Source of the DNA: Oceanispirochaeta sp.
GTDB taxonomy: Bacteria; Spirochaetota; Spirochaetia; DSM-2461
DNA length: 64,000 nt
Assembly: GCA_963666275.2 (NCBI GenBank)
Contig: CAXXOA010000002.1
Span: forward strand, 1,280,001 to 1,344,000
Reading direction: 5' to 3'
Shown here: positions 28,441 to 38,049 of the stretch, piece after piece
Layout: every line of letters begins with the position of its first letter
Numbering within the stretch: the first letter of the stretch is position 1
Notes under the pieces: generated by a model
The model's database searches: none
Told to the model about the DNA's origin: nothing
What the model saw: only the letters and a program-made list of their open reading frames with translations
Translations under genes and position numbers: made by a program

Positions 28441-29408
28441 GTCTGAATGTTATGAATCTCAAGAAAAATCTGAACCCGAAAGAACTGGTTAAGCCGGGCA
28501 AATTCGTCTGGCTCCTGTTTGCCCTTCTCTTTCTGGCCAGTGCCGTCTCCTCGCCCATTTTTCTGACCTACAGAAATTTGAGGAATGTGTTTCTGGTACA
28601 GCCCATCGGTCTGGGAATTGCAACCCTGTCCCAATCGGTCGTTATGATATCAGGAAACATCGATATGTCTATCGGTGCAGCGGTTTCGCTTATGACCACA
28701 ATGGCGGCGGGATTGTTCCGGGATATCCCGGGGATCAGTCCGGTTTTTGTCTGTCTGGTTGTCATTCTGACTGGGATCGTCATCGGAGGCTTTAACGGCT
28801 TTCTGGTTGTCAGGCTGAGGATTCCCGCGTTTATGGCCACCCTGGCCACAATGTCCCTGCTGCAGGGAGCTATTTTCTTCTACACCAAGCGGCCTATTGG
28901 AGGAATTCCCAAATCCTTCCGTTTCCTGGCTTCCTACAGGCTGGGAGGAATTCCCGTCAGCATCTTCTACTTTATTCTGATTTTTCTGCTGGTTCTTCTT
29001 GTTGTCAGGAAACACCGCTTCGGAAACCATCTCTATGCTGTAGGTTCGGATTCCTTTATCGCCGGCATCTCGGGAATCAATGTAAACAGGGTAAAAATCA
29101 TGGCCTATCTTCTGGGAGGCGCCCTTGTTGCCCTGGCATCCCTTTTCCTGTCTTCCAGAATGGGAGGGGGAGGACCTACCACCGGTGACGGCTACGAACT
29201 GGATACCATAACGTCCGCTGTTATCGGAGGAGTCTCTCTCGCCGGAGGCGAAGGCAGGCTCCTGGGGGCTGTCGGCGGAGTTTTGATTCTTACAATTTTT
29301 TCCAATTTTATGAACCTTCTCGATATTAATCCCTATATCCAGATGTTCCTGAAAGGTCTGATCCTGATTCTGGCTGTTTCTTTTTATGCCAGGAAGGAAT
29401 CGGAATAA
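28437..29408 (+). CDS. Sugar ABC transporter permease
   Basis: GNIDMSIG, PAFMATL, YELDTITSAVIGG. Confidence 0.92.
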   Translation: MSLNVMNLKKNLNPKELVKPGKFVWLLFALLFLASAVSSPIFLTYRNLRNVFLVQPIGLGIATLSQSVVMISGNIDMSIGAAVSLMTTMAAGLFRDIPGISPVFVCLVVILTGIVIGGFNGFLVVRLRIPAFMATLATMSLLQGAIFFYTKRPIGGIPKSFRFLASYRLGGIPVSIFYFILIFLLVLLVVRKHRFGNHLYAVGSDSFIAGISGINVNRVKIMAYLLGGALVALASLFLSSRMGGGGPTTGDGYELDTITSAVIGGVSLAGGEGRLLGAVGGVLILTIFSNFMNLLDINPYIQMFLKGLILILAVSFYARKESE

Positions 29409-29428
29409 ACAATGCAATGGAGTTTGAT

Positions 29429-30751
29429 ATGAAAGCACGATTAGTTCCCGTTTACTTCAAGTCTGAAAGGTCAGACCGCTTCAATGTTCAGTTGAACCGT
29501 CTGAAAGATCTTCTGTCGGATATGGCGGAGATTCTTGAAGAGCAGGCTCTGGGGGAGGATCTGCCTGATTGCGAGGCAGTCCTTTTTCCCGAAATCCTGG
29601 GAGAGGCCTACCGGTCTGCTGATGCCTTCCGGGGACTTGATAAGCCTCTCCTCATTATTACTTCCGAGTTTGCCACTGTTTCCATGTGGGACTGGGAAAT
29701 CGGAAATTTCCTCAGAGGTAAGGGAGTGGATCCCATTATGCCCTATAGCCTGGAGGATGTCCGGACCATCTGCAGAGTTCTTTCTACAAAGAGAAAAATG
29801 GCGCAATCGAAATTTCTGATCTTCCAGGATAATCCCGGAGAAGGGTTTCAACCGGAAATTTTCAAATCTTTCTACTGGTGGGAAGATGAGTGTACGAAGA
29901 CAATACGGGACAGATTCGGAACGGGTATTGAGAGAAGAAGCCTGAAAGCTCTTGGAGAAAAAGCAGGCCGGGTTCCTGATGCGGAAGCTGAAAAAGTATG
30001 GAACAGCTGGAACTATCCCAAGGAGGAAGGATTTGAAAAAATCCGGGGGATCAATGCGGCAAAGTTCTATATTGCCATGCAGGGAGAACTGGACAGTGAT
30101 GATATCATAGGGGTTGGGTCGAACTGTCTCAATGAATCCCGTTATTGCAGGACCACTCCGTGCCTTACCTGGGACAGGCTGCTGGAAGAAAAGGGCCTGC
30201 TATGGGCCTGTGAAGGCGATACGGCAACCTTAACAACCAAATATCTTCTTTATGAGTCTATCGGAGCGCCTCTTTTCATGACCAATATCTATCCATTCCT
30301 TATGGGAAATGCGGCTCTGAAACATGAGAAGATTCCTTCTTTTCCTGAAATAGTGGATGACCCGCAAAATCATATCCTCCTGGGGCACTGCGGCTATTTC
30401 GGGCTGCTTCCCAGAAAATTCAGCAGCAGCTGGACTTTGAGAAAGAAACAGCTCGCCATTGTTGATGAAAATTCCCATATGTTTGATGCCCGGATGAACA
30501 CCGGTGATGTGACTGTCGTTAAACTTGATGCGGCCATGAAGAAGATAATGTGTGTACAAGGGCAGCTGAAAGGTTATGTTCAATATGGAGAGGAATCTGA
30601 CGTCAGAAACGGGGGAATCCTGAGAGTTCCTGATGGAAGGAATCTTATGGATAATGTGTATTCCCATCATGTCATTGTGATGGAAGGGGATCATTCCTAT
30701 GAAATAAAAACAATCGCTAAGATTATGAATCTTGAGTTGGAAGTGCTATAA
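29429..30751 (+). CDS. Putative L-fucose/L-arabinose isomerase-like protein
   Basis: NCL..., WACEGD, GHCG and C-terminal SHH resemble the FucI/AraA-like fold; ORF opens at 29417. Confidence 0.6.
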   Translation: MKARLVPVYFKSERSDRFNVQLNRLKDLLSDMAEILEEQALGEDLPDCEAVLFPEILGEAYRSADAFRGLDKPLLIITSEFATVSMWDWEIGNFLRGKGVDPIMPYSLEDVRTICRVLSTKRKMAQSKFLIFQDNPGEGFQPEIFKSFYWWEDECTKTIRDRFGTGIERRSLKALGEKAGRVPDAEAEKVWNSWNYPKEEGFEKIRGINAAKFYIAMQGELDSDDIIGVGSNCLNESRYCRTTPCLTWDRLLEEKGLLWACEGDTATLTTKYLLYESIGAPLFMTNIYPFLMGNAALKHEKIPSFPEIVDDPQNHILLGHCGYFGLLPRKFSSSWTLRKKQLAIVDENSHMFDARMNTGDVTVVKLDAAMKKIMCVQGQLKGYVQYGEESDVRNGGILRVPDGRNLMDNVYSHHVIVMEGDHSYEIKTIAKIMNLELEVL

Positions 30752-30774
30752 AGCAGATCCATTGAGCGGGTTTC

Positions 30775-30797
30775 AGGGGCCGGAGGCCCCTTCTTTT
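30775..30797 (+). terminator. Intrinsic terminator of the LacI operon
   Basis: AGGGGCC-GGA-GGCCCCT followed by TCTTTT. Confidence 0.65.
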
Positions 30798-31560
30798 ACT
30801 GAAAAAGCCCTTTATGCCTGTATTCCAGGGGGCTCAGACCTGCTTCCTTTTTAAACACTCTGCTGAAATAGTTCTGATCCGTGTAGCCGATAAAGCTGGA
30901 TATCTCTTTCACTTCCATATCCGCATACTGCAGGAGAAGACGTTTGGCAAGATTTATTCTCTGATCCTGGATGTATCGTGTTGGTGTCATGCCGTAGATC
31001 TCTTTAAATGTACGGGATAAATAGGTCGGGTTAATATGGAAATTCTCTGCAATTTCCTGAATCATGAGATTTTCTCTGAATCTTTTTCTTATATATTCCG
31101 CCGTTTCTACCGCCAGATCCCTTCTCGCCCTGTCTTCAAAGTGTTCAATTTTCTGATCAATCAGTTTTTCCCGGTTTTTAATAATCTGATGCAGTTTGAT
31201 GAGAGTGCCTTCAAGCTGGGCCATGTCGATCGGTTTCAGAAGATAGTCGGTGACTCCGGACTGTATGCTCTTCTGCATGTAATCAAAATCACTATATCCC
31301 GATATAACGACTATAAGGATTTCCGGATAGTGGCTGTTCAGGTAGGTCATCAGCTCCATTCCGTTCAATCCCGGCATCCGTATATCTGTAAAGACAACCT
31401 CAGGCTGTTTCTCCTTCACCAGTTCCAGTACCCGGCTTCCTCCGGATGCTTCTCCCATAAGGATAAAATTTTCATCAAGAGCGGAAATCTTTTTTATGAG
31501 ATTTTCCCGGATGGGAGGTTCATCTTCTGCAAGAATGTAGTGAATCCTGTTATTTTCCAT
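30796..31560 (-). CDS. Response regulator, receiver plus AraC HTH (YesN-like)
   Basis: AEDE, TDIRMP, SGYSDF, YLLKP; YFSRVFKK..G.SP.EYR; ATG 31560 after GGAGG. Confidence 0.92.
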   Translation of the reverse strand: MENNRIHYILAEDEPPIRENLIKKISALDENFILMGEASGGSRVLELVKEKQPEVVFTDIRMPGLNGMELMTYLNSHYPEILIVVISGYSDFDYMQKSIQSGVTDYLLKPIDMAQLEGTLIKLHQIIKNREKLIDQKIEHFEDRARRDLAVETAEYIRKRFRENLMIQEIAENFHINPTYLSRTFKEIYGMTPTRYIQDQRINLAKRLLLQYADMEVKEISSFIGYTDQNYFSRVFKKEAGLSPLEYRHKGLFQ

Positions 31561-33349
31561 TTCTTGTTCCTCCGAGGATAACCTGGGAACCTCCTTCCGG
31601 CAGATTGCGGGCTTCAAAACGGTATTGACTGCCATAATACAGGAAATAGCGGGCACAGATATTTATCAGTCCCATTCCGCTTATCTGGTTGGAAAGCTGC
31701 TTTCGGGGATTCTGAACACCCTCCCGTATCCTGAGAAGCAGATGCTCCAGTTCGTCTTCTGAAAATCCAGGGCCATTATCTCTTGCTTTTATACACCAGT
31801 TTTCAGAATCCAGCTCCATGGATAAGGTAATCCTGCAGGGGGGATTCTCGGGCATCCCGTATTTGATTGAATTTTCAAGAAGAGGAATAATGGAGTGCTT
31901 TGGAATTTTCAGATTCTCAAGATTTTCAGGCAGGACGAATGTGAATTCCACGGCTTCGCCGAATCTATAGGAGATACACTCCATATAATGCCTTGCCATC
32001 TGGATTTCCTGATCTACCGGAACGGTCAGTTCCTTGATCGTGGAAACATAGCGGATGAGACGGCTTAAATGGCTGATCACTTTCTGAATGCCTTCAGTTT
32101 GCCCTTCCTCTGCCATAATACTGATGATACTCAGCATATTGAAAAGAAAGTGGGGGTCCATTTGAGACTGGAGAGCCAGCATTCTGGCGTTTACTTCCAG
32201 TGTTTTCTCAGCTACGAAAAGATCCAGCTTTTCATCCATTTTCCGGTTCATTTCCGCAAAGGATACTTCCAGAGTATTCAGCTCTGTGATCCCTGTCATA
32301 TCAGGAAGTATTGTATCTGGAGGAGTCCTGCTCCATTCCATCTGATCCAGCTTTCTGCTCAAATTCATCAGAGGTTTATTGATGCCGAGACTGAGTTTGT
32401 GCGAGATGAGAAAACTCAGAACAGAAATGAGAATTATCAGAGACAGGAGAAGAGCCAGTATTTTTTGAACAGGTTTCAGGTAGTCCTTTTCATTTCTGAT
32501 GTTGATCAGGCTCCAGGGGGCCTCTCCGGACATGCCCAGACAGAGGATTTCCTCTCTTCGGGAAAATCTGTTCTCGCTCTTAAAAATCTTAAAGGGAATC
32601 ATCTCAGATAGAATATCTGAATAGGCATTGCCATAGGGCTGGATTGACGGGTATATCTGAAGTTTCTGTCTGTTGAAAACCTTGAAATTCTGAGAATTCT
32701 TTTCAAGGGAGGAAAACAGGGTCTCCATCTTCTGTTTGATTTCTATATAAGCGATTTTATTTCTGAAATCATCATAAAGGACTTGATAATAGGAGATATA
32801 GAGCTGGGAGTTCGTATTGTTTGCCATCTGTTCTGAGAGGGAATCTCTTTCGGGAGGGGACCAGTAGGCTGCCATCCCATTGGTTCTGATATTTTCTATC
32901 CGGGAGTGCAGCTGTTCCGGGAGTTTCTGGCTGAGGTTATACTGTCCGGCACAAATCATTTCGAGATCCGGCAGAATAATATTTACCTGTTCAACCTGTT
33001 TCAGAGGGCCGACTGTTTCCAGCAGAACCGCCTGAATGGATCTGGCGCCGTAATAGAGACTTACAGGATCAGACTCCTTTTCTTTTATCTGTTCATAATC
33101 GGTCATCTCCCTCCGGAGGCTGGGAGAGTAGGCAAGATTCAGGGATATGGTCTTTATTTTTCTCAGCTCGTTATCAAGCAGATCAGAGAGTATCCTTGTA
33201 TTTGTGATGAGATTTGTTTCCTCTCTCTGTTTGATGAGTCTGTTTGTCAGAACAAGGATAACAGAGGAGAACAGTACCGTACTGATAATCATAGGTATAA
33301 ATCCGTAAAGGAACAGAGACAGTCTGATACTTATCGGTTTCCGTGCCAT
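31550..33349 (-). CDS. Sensor histidine kinase (YesM/LytS-like)
   Basis: Two TM segments, HAMP, LQSQMDPHFLFNML, ENSIKYG, DNGPG, GMGL.NI. Confidence 0.92.
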   Translation of the reverse strand: MARKPISIRLSLFLYGFIPMIISTVLFSSVILVLTNRLIKQREETNLITNTRILSDLLDNELRKIKTISLNLAYSPSLRREMTDYEQIKEKESDPVSLYYGARSIQAVLLETVGPLKQVEQVNIILPDLEMICAGQYNLSQKLPEQLHSRIENIRTNGMAAYWSPPERDSLSEQMANNTNSQLYISYYQVLYDDFRNKIAYIEIKQKMETLFSSLEKNSQNFKVFNRQKLQIYPSIQPYGNAYSDILSEMIPFKIFKSENRFSRREEILCLGMSGEAPWSLINIRNEKDYLKPVQKILALLLSLIILISVLSFLISHKLSLGINKPLMNLSRKLDQMEWSRTPPDTILPDMTGITELNTLEVSFAEMNRKMDEKLDLFVAEKTLEVNARMLALQSQMDPHFLFNMLSIISIMAEEGQTEGIQKVISHLSRLIRYVSTIKELTVPVDQEIQMARHYMECISYRFGEAVEFTFVLPENLENLKIPKHSIIPLLENSIKYGMPENPPCRITLSMELDSENWCIKARDNGPGFSEDELEHLLLRIREGVQNPRKQLSNQISGMGLINICARYFLYYGSQYRFEARNLPEGGSQVILGGTRNGK

Positions 33350-33498
33350 AACAGTAGTATAAGGGGATAATCCAGTGTTGCAGCAAAAAATTCTTTCCTA
33401 TGTCGGAAATGTCCTAATGATGAGTCGGTTCAATCCATATACGGTTTGAGAATCCGGGATTAATGTGATTCTGTACACTGATATAAAGGAGTGGTTTT

Positions 33499-34497
33499 AT
33501 GAAAAAAGGTTTAATATTTCTATTGACGGCGCTTCTGGCAGTATCGCTTTTTGCTTCGGGAGAACAGGAAAAAGGAGCAAAGGATGATGGAATCGTTATC
33601 GGGTGGAGCAATGCCGGAATGGGAGATTCCTGGAGACAGTTTCTTCAGAGCAATTTTCTTGCGGAAGTGGATTCCCATCCTGAAATTAAGGATTTCTACA
33701 TAACCAATGCGGATGAAAAACCGGAAAAGCAGATAGCTGATATTCATGATCTTATAGCCAAAGGTATAGACGGGCTAATTGTATATCCCACCATGGGAGA
33801 GGTTCTGGGGCCTGCCATTGAAAGTGCCTATAACGAAGGGATTCCTGTTGTCGTTTTTGGCGGAAGTCTGGAAACAGATTCCTATACAAGTCTTGTCACA
33901 CAGGATCTGAAAGAATTCGGAAGATCTCAGGCGGAATGGCTTGCTGGAGAACTGAATGGAAAGGGGAATATCATCATGCTGAGCGGTATTTCCGGAAATA
34001 CAACAGCAGAGGAGAGGCTTGCCGGCGCAAGAGAAGAGTTTGAGAAATATCCGGGAATTACCATTCTGGATCACCATTACTGTGACTGGTCTGCGGCAAA
34101 AACAAAAAATATCATGGAAGCCATGATTTCGGCATTCCCCCAGATCGATGGTATATGGGCCGATTCCGGTTTAATGTCTCTTCCGGCACTTCAGGCTCTG
34201 CAGGAAGCCGGCCGCCCTCTTGTTCCCACAACAGGTGATCAGTTGAATGGCTATGCCAAGTTCCTGGTTGATCATAATATTCCCGGATATGCCTTTCCCA
34301 TGACGACAAAGCTTTCCGCAGAATCCGTAAAAGTACTGCTTGAGGCTATCAAAGGGAATGACGTTGAAAAAATCCATTATATCGACGTCCAGGGCATGGG
34401 ACCGGAGGACATAGAAAAATTTGTAAGACCCGAACTTTCTGACTGGTGGTGGATCGGCGATGACCAGATTCCCGAAGAATTCCTCCCGGAAATCTGA
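33499..34497 (+). CDS. Sugar substrate-binding protein, paralogue of 25834..26853
   Basis: Shared motifs TNADEKPEKQ, IDGIWADSGLMS, GRPLVPTTGD, SDWWW.GDDQIP.EFLPEI. Confidence 0.9.
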   Translation: MKKGLIFLLTALLAVSLFASGEQEKGAKDDGIVIGWSNAGMGDSWRQFLQSNFLAEVDSHPEIKDFYITNADEKPEKQIADIHDLIAKGIDGLIVYPTMGEVLGPAIESAYNEGIPVVVFGGSLETDSYTSLVTQDLKEFGRSQAEWLAGELNGKGNIIMLSGISGNTTAEERLAGAREEFEKYPGITILDHHYCDWSAAKTKNIMEAMISAFPQIDGIWADSGLMSLPALQALQEAGRPLVPTTGDQLNGYAKFLVDHNIPGYAFPMTTKLSAESVKVLLEAIKGNDVEKIHYIDVQGMGPEDIEKFVRPELSDWWWIGDDQIPEEFLPEI

Positions 34498-34562
34498 TAC
34501 TCAATATTCCGGCCTGCTCCTTCCGGGCCGGAATCCTTCAATCAATTGTAATGAGGTTAAAG

Positions 34563-35756
34563 ATGGATACTTCAATATTATTTACTCCAATCGCAATTGG
34601 AAACACAAAGGCTTCGAATCGATTTATATATCAGCCCACAGAAACGAATAACTGTGATTCTGCAGGAACTCCTACAGAGGAGACCTTCCGGGTTTACAGG
34701 GAGAGAGCGGAAGGAGGGCCGGGGATCCTGTTTGTTGAATCCATTGATGTCTCTTCTGATTGCCAGGCCCGTTCCAACAGAATGATAATCACAGAAGAAA
34801 ATAAAGAGATATACAGAGAACTTGTGAGTTCTATAAAGTTGGTTAACCCTGAAATATTGGTCATTTTTCAGCTAAGCCATGCCGGACGCCTCAGTGATCC
34901 TGAATTCAGGAAACCCCTTTTTGTTTATGCAAAAAACTCTGAGGAAACCCCCATGTCCTTGGAGGATATCCGCAAGGCATCCGGGGATTTTGTCAAAGCT
35001 GCTCTGCTGATAGATGAAATTGGCGGTGATGGCGTTGATATTAAGCAGGCCCATGGTTTTCTGGCAGGAGACTTCCTGCATCCGGGAAACCTCAGACCCG
35101 ACCAGTACGGCGGCAGTTTTGAGAACAGAACCCGGTTTTTCAGGGAGATCTTTGCTGCTGTTAAAGACAAATGCCGGGATGATTTTATCATTGGAACCAG
35201 AATTTCGCCCTATGAGGGAATCCCCGGGGGATGCGGTACTTCTGGTGCGTCTGATGTCATTGAGGATCTAACAGAAATGAAAAAGCTGGCCCGGTTACTG
35301 GAAGAAATCGGTGTGGACTTTATCAATGTTTCTGCCGGATATGCGGCAGCCAATCTTGAAATTCTGCTTCCCACAGCGACCTATCCGGAAGGGGTTTATC
35401 GTCATTTCACATGGACCAGGCAAATAAAAGAAGAAGTTTCGATACCGGTTATCGGTTCAGGTTACAGCTATACCAGAGACGGAAATAACAGTTTAACCGG
35501 TAATGATTCCGATAAAAAGAGCCTGCTCGGTTTCGCTGTTCAGAATCTAAAACAGAAATCTGTAGATCTGGTTGGTATCGGCCGCCAGGTTTTTGCAGAC
35601 CCCCGTTTTGTCAATAAAGTAAAAAATGGCCAATTGGACAGTATTCACTGGTGTACTACATGCAGCGGTTGCGGAATCCTCCTGGGGAATAATAAAAAGA
35701 TCGGATGTACTGTCTATGATAATACTTTTACGGAGATTCTGAAGAGTGTCGAATAA
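34563..35756 (+). CDS. NADH:flavin oxidoreductase (Old Yellow Enzyme family)
   Basis: QLSHAGR, KQAHGFL, RPDQYGGSFENRTRF, GIGRQ, C-terminal CTTCSGC...C. Confidence 0.88.
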   Translation: MDTSILFTPIAIGNTKASNRFIYQPTETNNCDSAGTPTEETFRVYRERAEGGPGILFVESIDVSSDCQARSNRMIITEENKEIYRELVSSIKLVNPEILVIFQLSHAGRLSDPEFRKPLFVYAKNSEETPMSLEDIRKASGDFVKAALLIDEIGGDGVDIKQAHGFLAGDFLHPGNLRPDQYGGSFENRTRFFREIFAAVKDKCRDDFIIGTRISPYEGIPGGCGTSGASDVIEDLTEMKKLARLLEEIGVDFINVSAGYAAANLEILLPTATYPEGVYRHFTWTRQIKEEVSIPVIGSGYSYTRDGNNSLTGNDSDKKSLLGFAVQNLKQKSVDLVGIGRQVFADPRFVNKVKNGQLDSIHWCTTCSGCGILLGNNKKIGCTVYDNTFTEILKSVE

Positions 35757-36264
35757 ACGGCTGAATATCCTGGTCCTTTATGACTCCAATACAGGGAATA
35801 CCGGGAAAATGGCTGAACTGGTAGCAGAGGGGGCATCTGAATGCGCTTCTGTGCGTGTAAGGCTGTTGACCGTATCAGAAGCCCTGCCGGAAGATCTGAT
35901 ATGGTGCGATGGCATTGCCCTGGGGTCTCCCACGAATTATGGTACTGTCTCCTGGAAGCTGAAGAAGTGGTGGGATGATCTTCCGAAAGATTTATGGAGT
36001 ACCATAAACGGGAAAATGGGATGCGCATTCAGCTCCGCAGGTGGCTGGGGCGGAGGGAATGAACTGACCTGTTTAACCCTCCTGACCATCCTTATGAATT
36101 ATGGTTTTTCCGTTTTCGGTGTTACCGAATATGTCACGGACCGTTTGACTCTCCACTATGGTGCCATTTCAGCAGGCAGGCCTGAACAGCCTGAAAATCA
36201 GGCGGCTTGCAGAAAACTGGGGCAGGAGCTTGTTGGCAGGATGAGGACTCTGACGCCGACTTGA
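35746..36264 (+). CDS. WrbA-like flavodoxin family protein
   Basis: YDSNTGNT, GSPTNYG, AFSSAGGWGGG. Confidence 0.85.
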   Translation: MSNKRLNILVLYDSNTGNTGKMAELVAEGASECASVRVRLLTVSEALPEDLIWCDGIALGSPTNYGTVSWKLKKWWDDLPKDLWSTINGKMGCAFSSAGGWGGGNELTCLTLLTILMNYGFSVFGVTEYVTDRLTLHYGAISAGRPEQPENQAACRKLGQELVGRMRTLTPT

Positions 36265-36402
36265 GTGATGGTTTCAGGCTCGGATGAATCATTTTGAACT
36301 CTTCCGGATCCGCATGAAATCATACTATTCCAGGCACTTCCTGGGCATAGTATGATCTCTTAGATCCTGCTTTATTTCTTCAGGATTTTCTGTTCCAGCT
36401 CG

Positions 36403-36843
36403 TCACATAGCAGGTGTTCTGAGAATAGCCGATATGGAATCTTCCTGTTTCATCTTTATGTATTGAATCCAGGATATTGCACTTTCCATATGGGGCATGA
36501 AATCAAAAGTCAGGCCGGCTTTCCTGAATATCTTTGATACAACAAATCTTTCAGGGATCTGCAGCTTTGAGACAAAGATGACTCTCTGACACCCCAGTTC
36601 TTTCAGTAACTTGAGGTAGTTGACAGAGAGATGGGTGGATTCCTCCGGACCTCTGAAATCCCATTTGAAATTTTCAATGAGATACCATTTTCTGATATCG
36701 GATTCCTTTATTTGTTCAATAAGAGCCTGAAAAGCTGCACAGCGCATCTCACTGGTAAAAATCCCGGAGGGAGAGTTTATCAGAATATCATCAAGAAGTT
36801 GGAACTCTCTGTATATTTCATGGGGAAGATACTCTTTTATCAT
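36403..36843 (-). CDS. Hypothetical protein (possibly STAS/SpoIIAA-like)
   Basis: 146-aa ORF filling an otherwise empty interval; ends with ESAISWI pattern. Confidence 0.55.
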   Translation of the reverse strand: MIKEYLPHEIYREFQLLDDILINSPSGIFTSEMRCAAFQALIEQIKESDIRKWYLIENFKWDFRGPEESTHLSVNYLKLLKELGCQRVIFVSKLQIPERFVVSKIFRKAGLTFDFMPHMESAISWIQYIKMKQEDSISAILRTPAM

Positions 36844-36912
36844 GGGAAAACCTTAACACAGAGTGGTAAAAAGGCAAGTTTTATTTTGACATTTTCATGG
36901 CCTTATTATCTC

Positions 36913-36959
36913 TTGACATTTTTTATTATAGATATTATAGATAATGAATATCTATAATA
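36913..36959 (+). promoter_or_regulatory. Promoter overlapped by perfect 11-5-11 palindrome (candidate Rrf2 operator)
   Basis: TTGACA 36913-36918, 17 nt, TATAGA; TATTATAGATA-ATGAA-TATCTATAATA 36933-36959. Confidence 0.75.
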
Positions 36960-36976
36960 GATTTTAAGGAGAGAAT

Positions 36977-37348
36977 ATGTTTGATAGTAGATTTATGGAT
37001 GTCGTAGCCAGAGAAGGAGTGGTTTCCATCGTATCCTGTGCCGACAATGAGGCTCATGTTGCTAATACCTGGAATTCCTACCTGTCTTTCACAGACGATC
37101 AGAAAATCCTGATTCCCGTGTACGGTATGGTAAAGACAAGAAAAAAAACGGAAAAAAACAGCAGACTTCTGCTTACTCTCGGCACAAAAGAAATTGAGGG
37201 GAAAATGGGACCGGGAACGGGATATCTGATTGAAGGAACGGGTGAATTCCTGAGAGAGGGGACAGCGTTTGATAAGGTAAAGGAGCAGTTTTCCTGGGCC
37301 AACAGGGTTCTTGTTGTTTCACCTCAATCTGTAAAACAGACGATTTAA
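36977..37348 (+). CDS. FMN-binding split-barrel protein (pyridoxamine 5'-phosphate oxidase family)
   Basis: EGVVSIV, HVANTWNSY, GPGTGYLIEG; AAGGAG RBS. Confidence 0.85.
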   Translation: MFDSRFMDVVAREGVVSIVSCADNEAHVANTWNSYLSFTDDQKILIPVYGMVKTRKKTEKNSRLLLTLGTKEIEGKMGPGTGYLIEGTGEFLREGTAFDKVKEQFSWANRVLVVSPQSVKQTI

Positions 37349-37459
37349 GTCCAGGCTCCATATACAGGGAGTGACGGTTTTTTGTATAGTGGTTAAACTC
37401 ATTCTATACTTTAAACGTCATTCCCTTTTTCCTGCAGGGAATACCTTCTGGAGAGTTAT

Positions 37460-37948
37460 ATGCAGTTCAGTATCGGGGTTGAATATGCCTTTCATTCCCT
37501 TTTTTATATGGTGGAGATGCCTGAAGGAAAAACCATTGGCATTAAACAGATTGCAGAACTGAATAATATCAAAGAAAGCTATCTGTCTAAAATTTTTACA
37601 AAATTACGAAAAGGCGGCATTGTACGATCGATCCCCGGTGTCAATGGGGGGTACGAGTTAGCCCGTCCCGCAGATGAGATCAGTTTCTGGGATATTTTCG
37701 AAGCAATTGAAGGTTCAAGTCATTTTTTTCAGTGCGCAGAGATTCGAAAAAATAATATATTTGTTGATGATCCATCTGTTTTTACCCATGATTGTCCCTG
37801 TCTGATAAAAGTAGTCATACATGAAGGAGAGCAGCTCTTCAGAGAGCATCTGCAGTCCAGGTCTCTGAAATGGTTATACAATCAGGCTTCCGGGGATTTC
37901 TCAGATAAAAGGAAAAATGCCTTTAAAGGGTGGATCGAGTCTCTTTAA
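37460..37948 (+). CDS. Rrf2 family transcriptional regulator (RsrR-like)
   Basis: GVEYAFH, YLSKIF..L...G, GVNGGYELAR, FQCAEIR, CPC. Confidence 0.9.
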   Translation: MQFSIGVEYAFHSLFYMVEMPEGKTIGIKQIAELNNIKESYLSKIFTKLRKGGIVRSIPGVNGGYELARPADEISFWDIFEAIEGSSHFFQCAEIRKNNIFVDDPSVFTHDCPCLIKVVIHEGEQLFREHLQSRSLKWLYNQASGDFSDKRKNAFKGWIESL

Positions 37949-37959
37949 TAATTTTCCCA

Positions 37960-37999
37960 TTTACCGATTCCCCAATTTCCATTCACATTCCTTTTACAT
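37960..37999 (+). promoter_or_regulatory. Candidate OmpR/PhoP-type direct-repeat box
   Basis: TTTACC 37960, TTCACA 37982, TTTACA 37993 (11/22-bp phasing). Confidence 0.6.
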
Positions 38000-38049
38000 C
38001 CTGATTCAACAATTCGCTCATACACCAAAATAAATGAGGAGTTGTTGTC

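Noticed and set aside
28650..29438. 262-aa minus-strand ORF
   Set aside because: Antisense to the ABC permease; composition mirrors the hydrophobic sense codons
33370..33460. Repeated (A)ATCC elements as a possible AraC-regulator site
   Set aside because: Spacing is irregular and not distinguishable from chance
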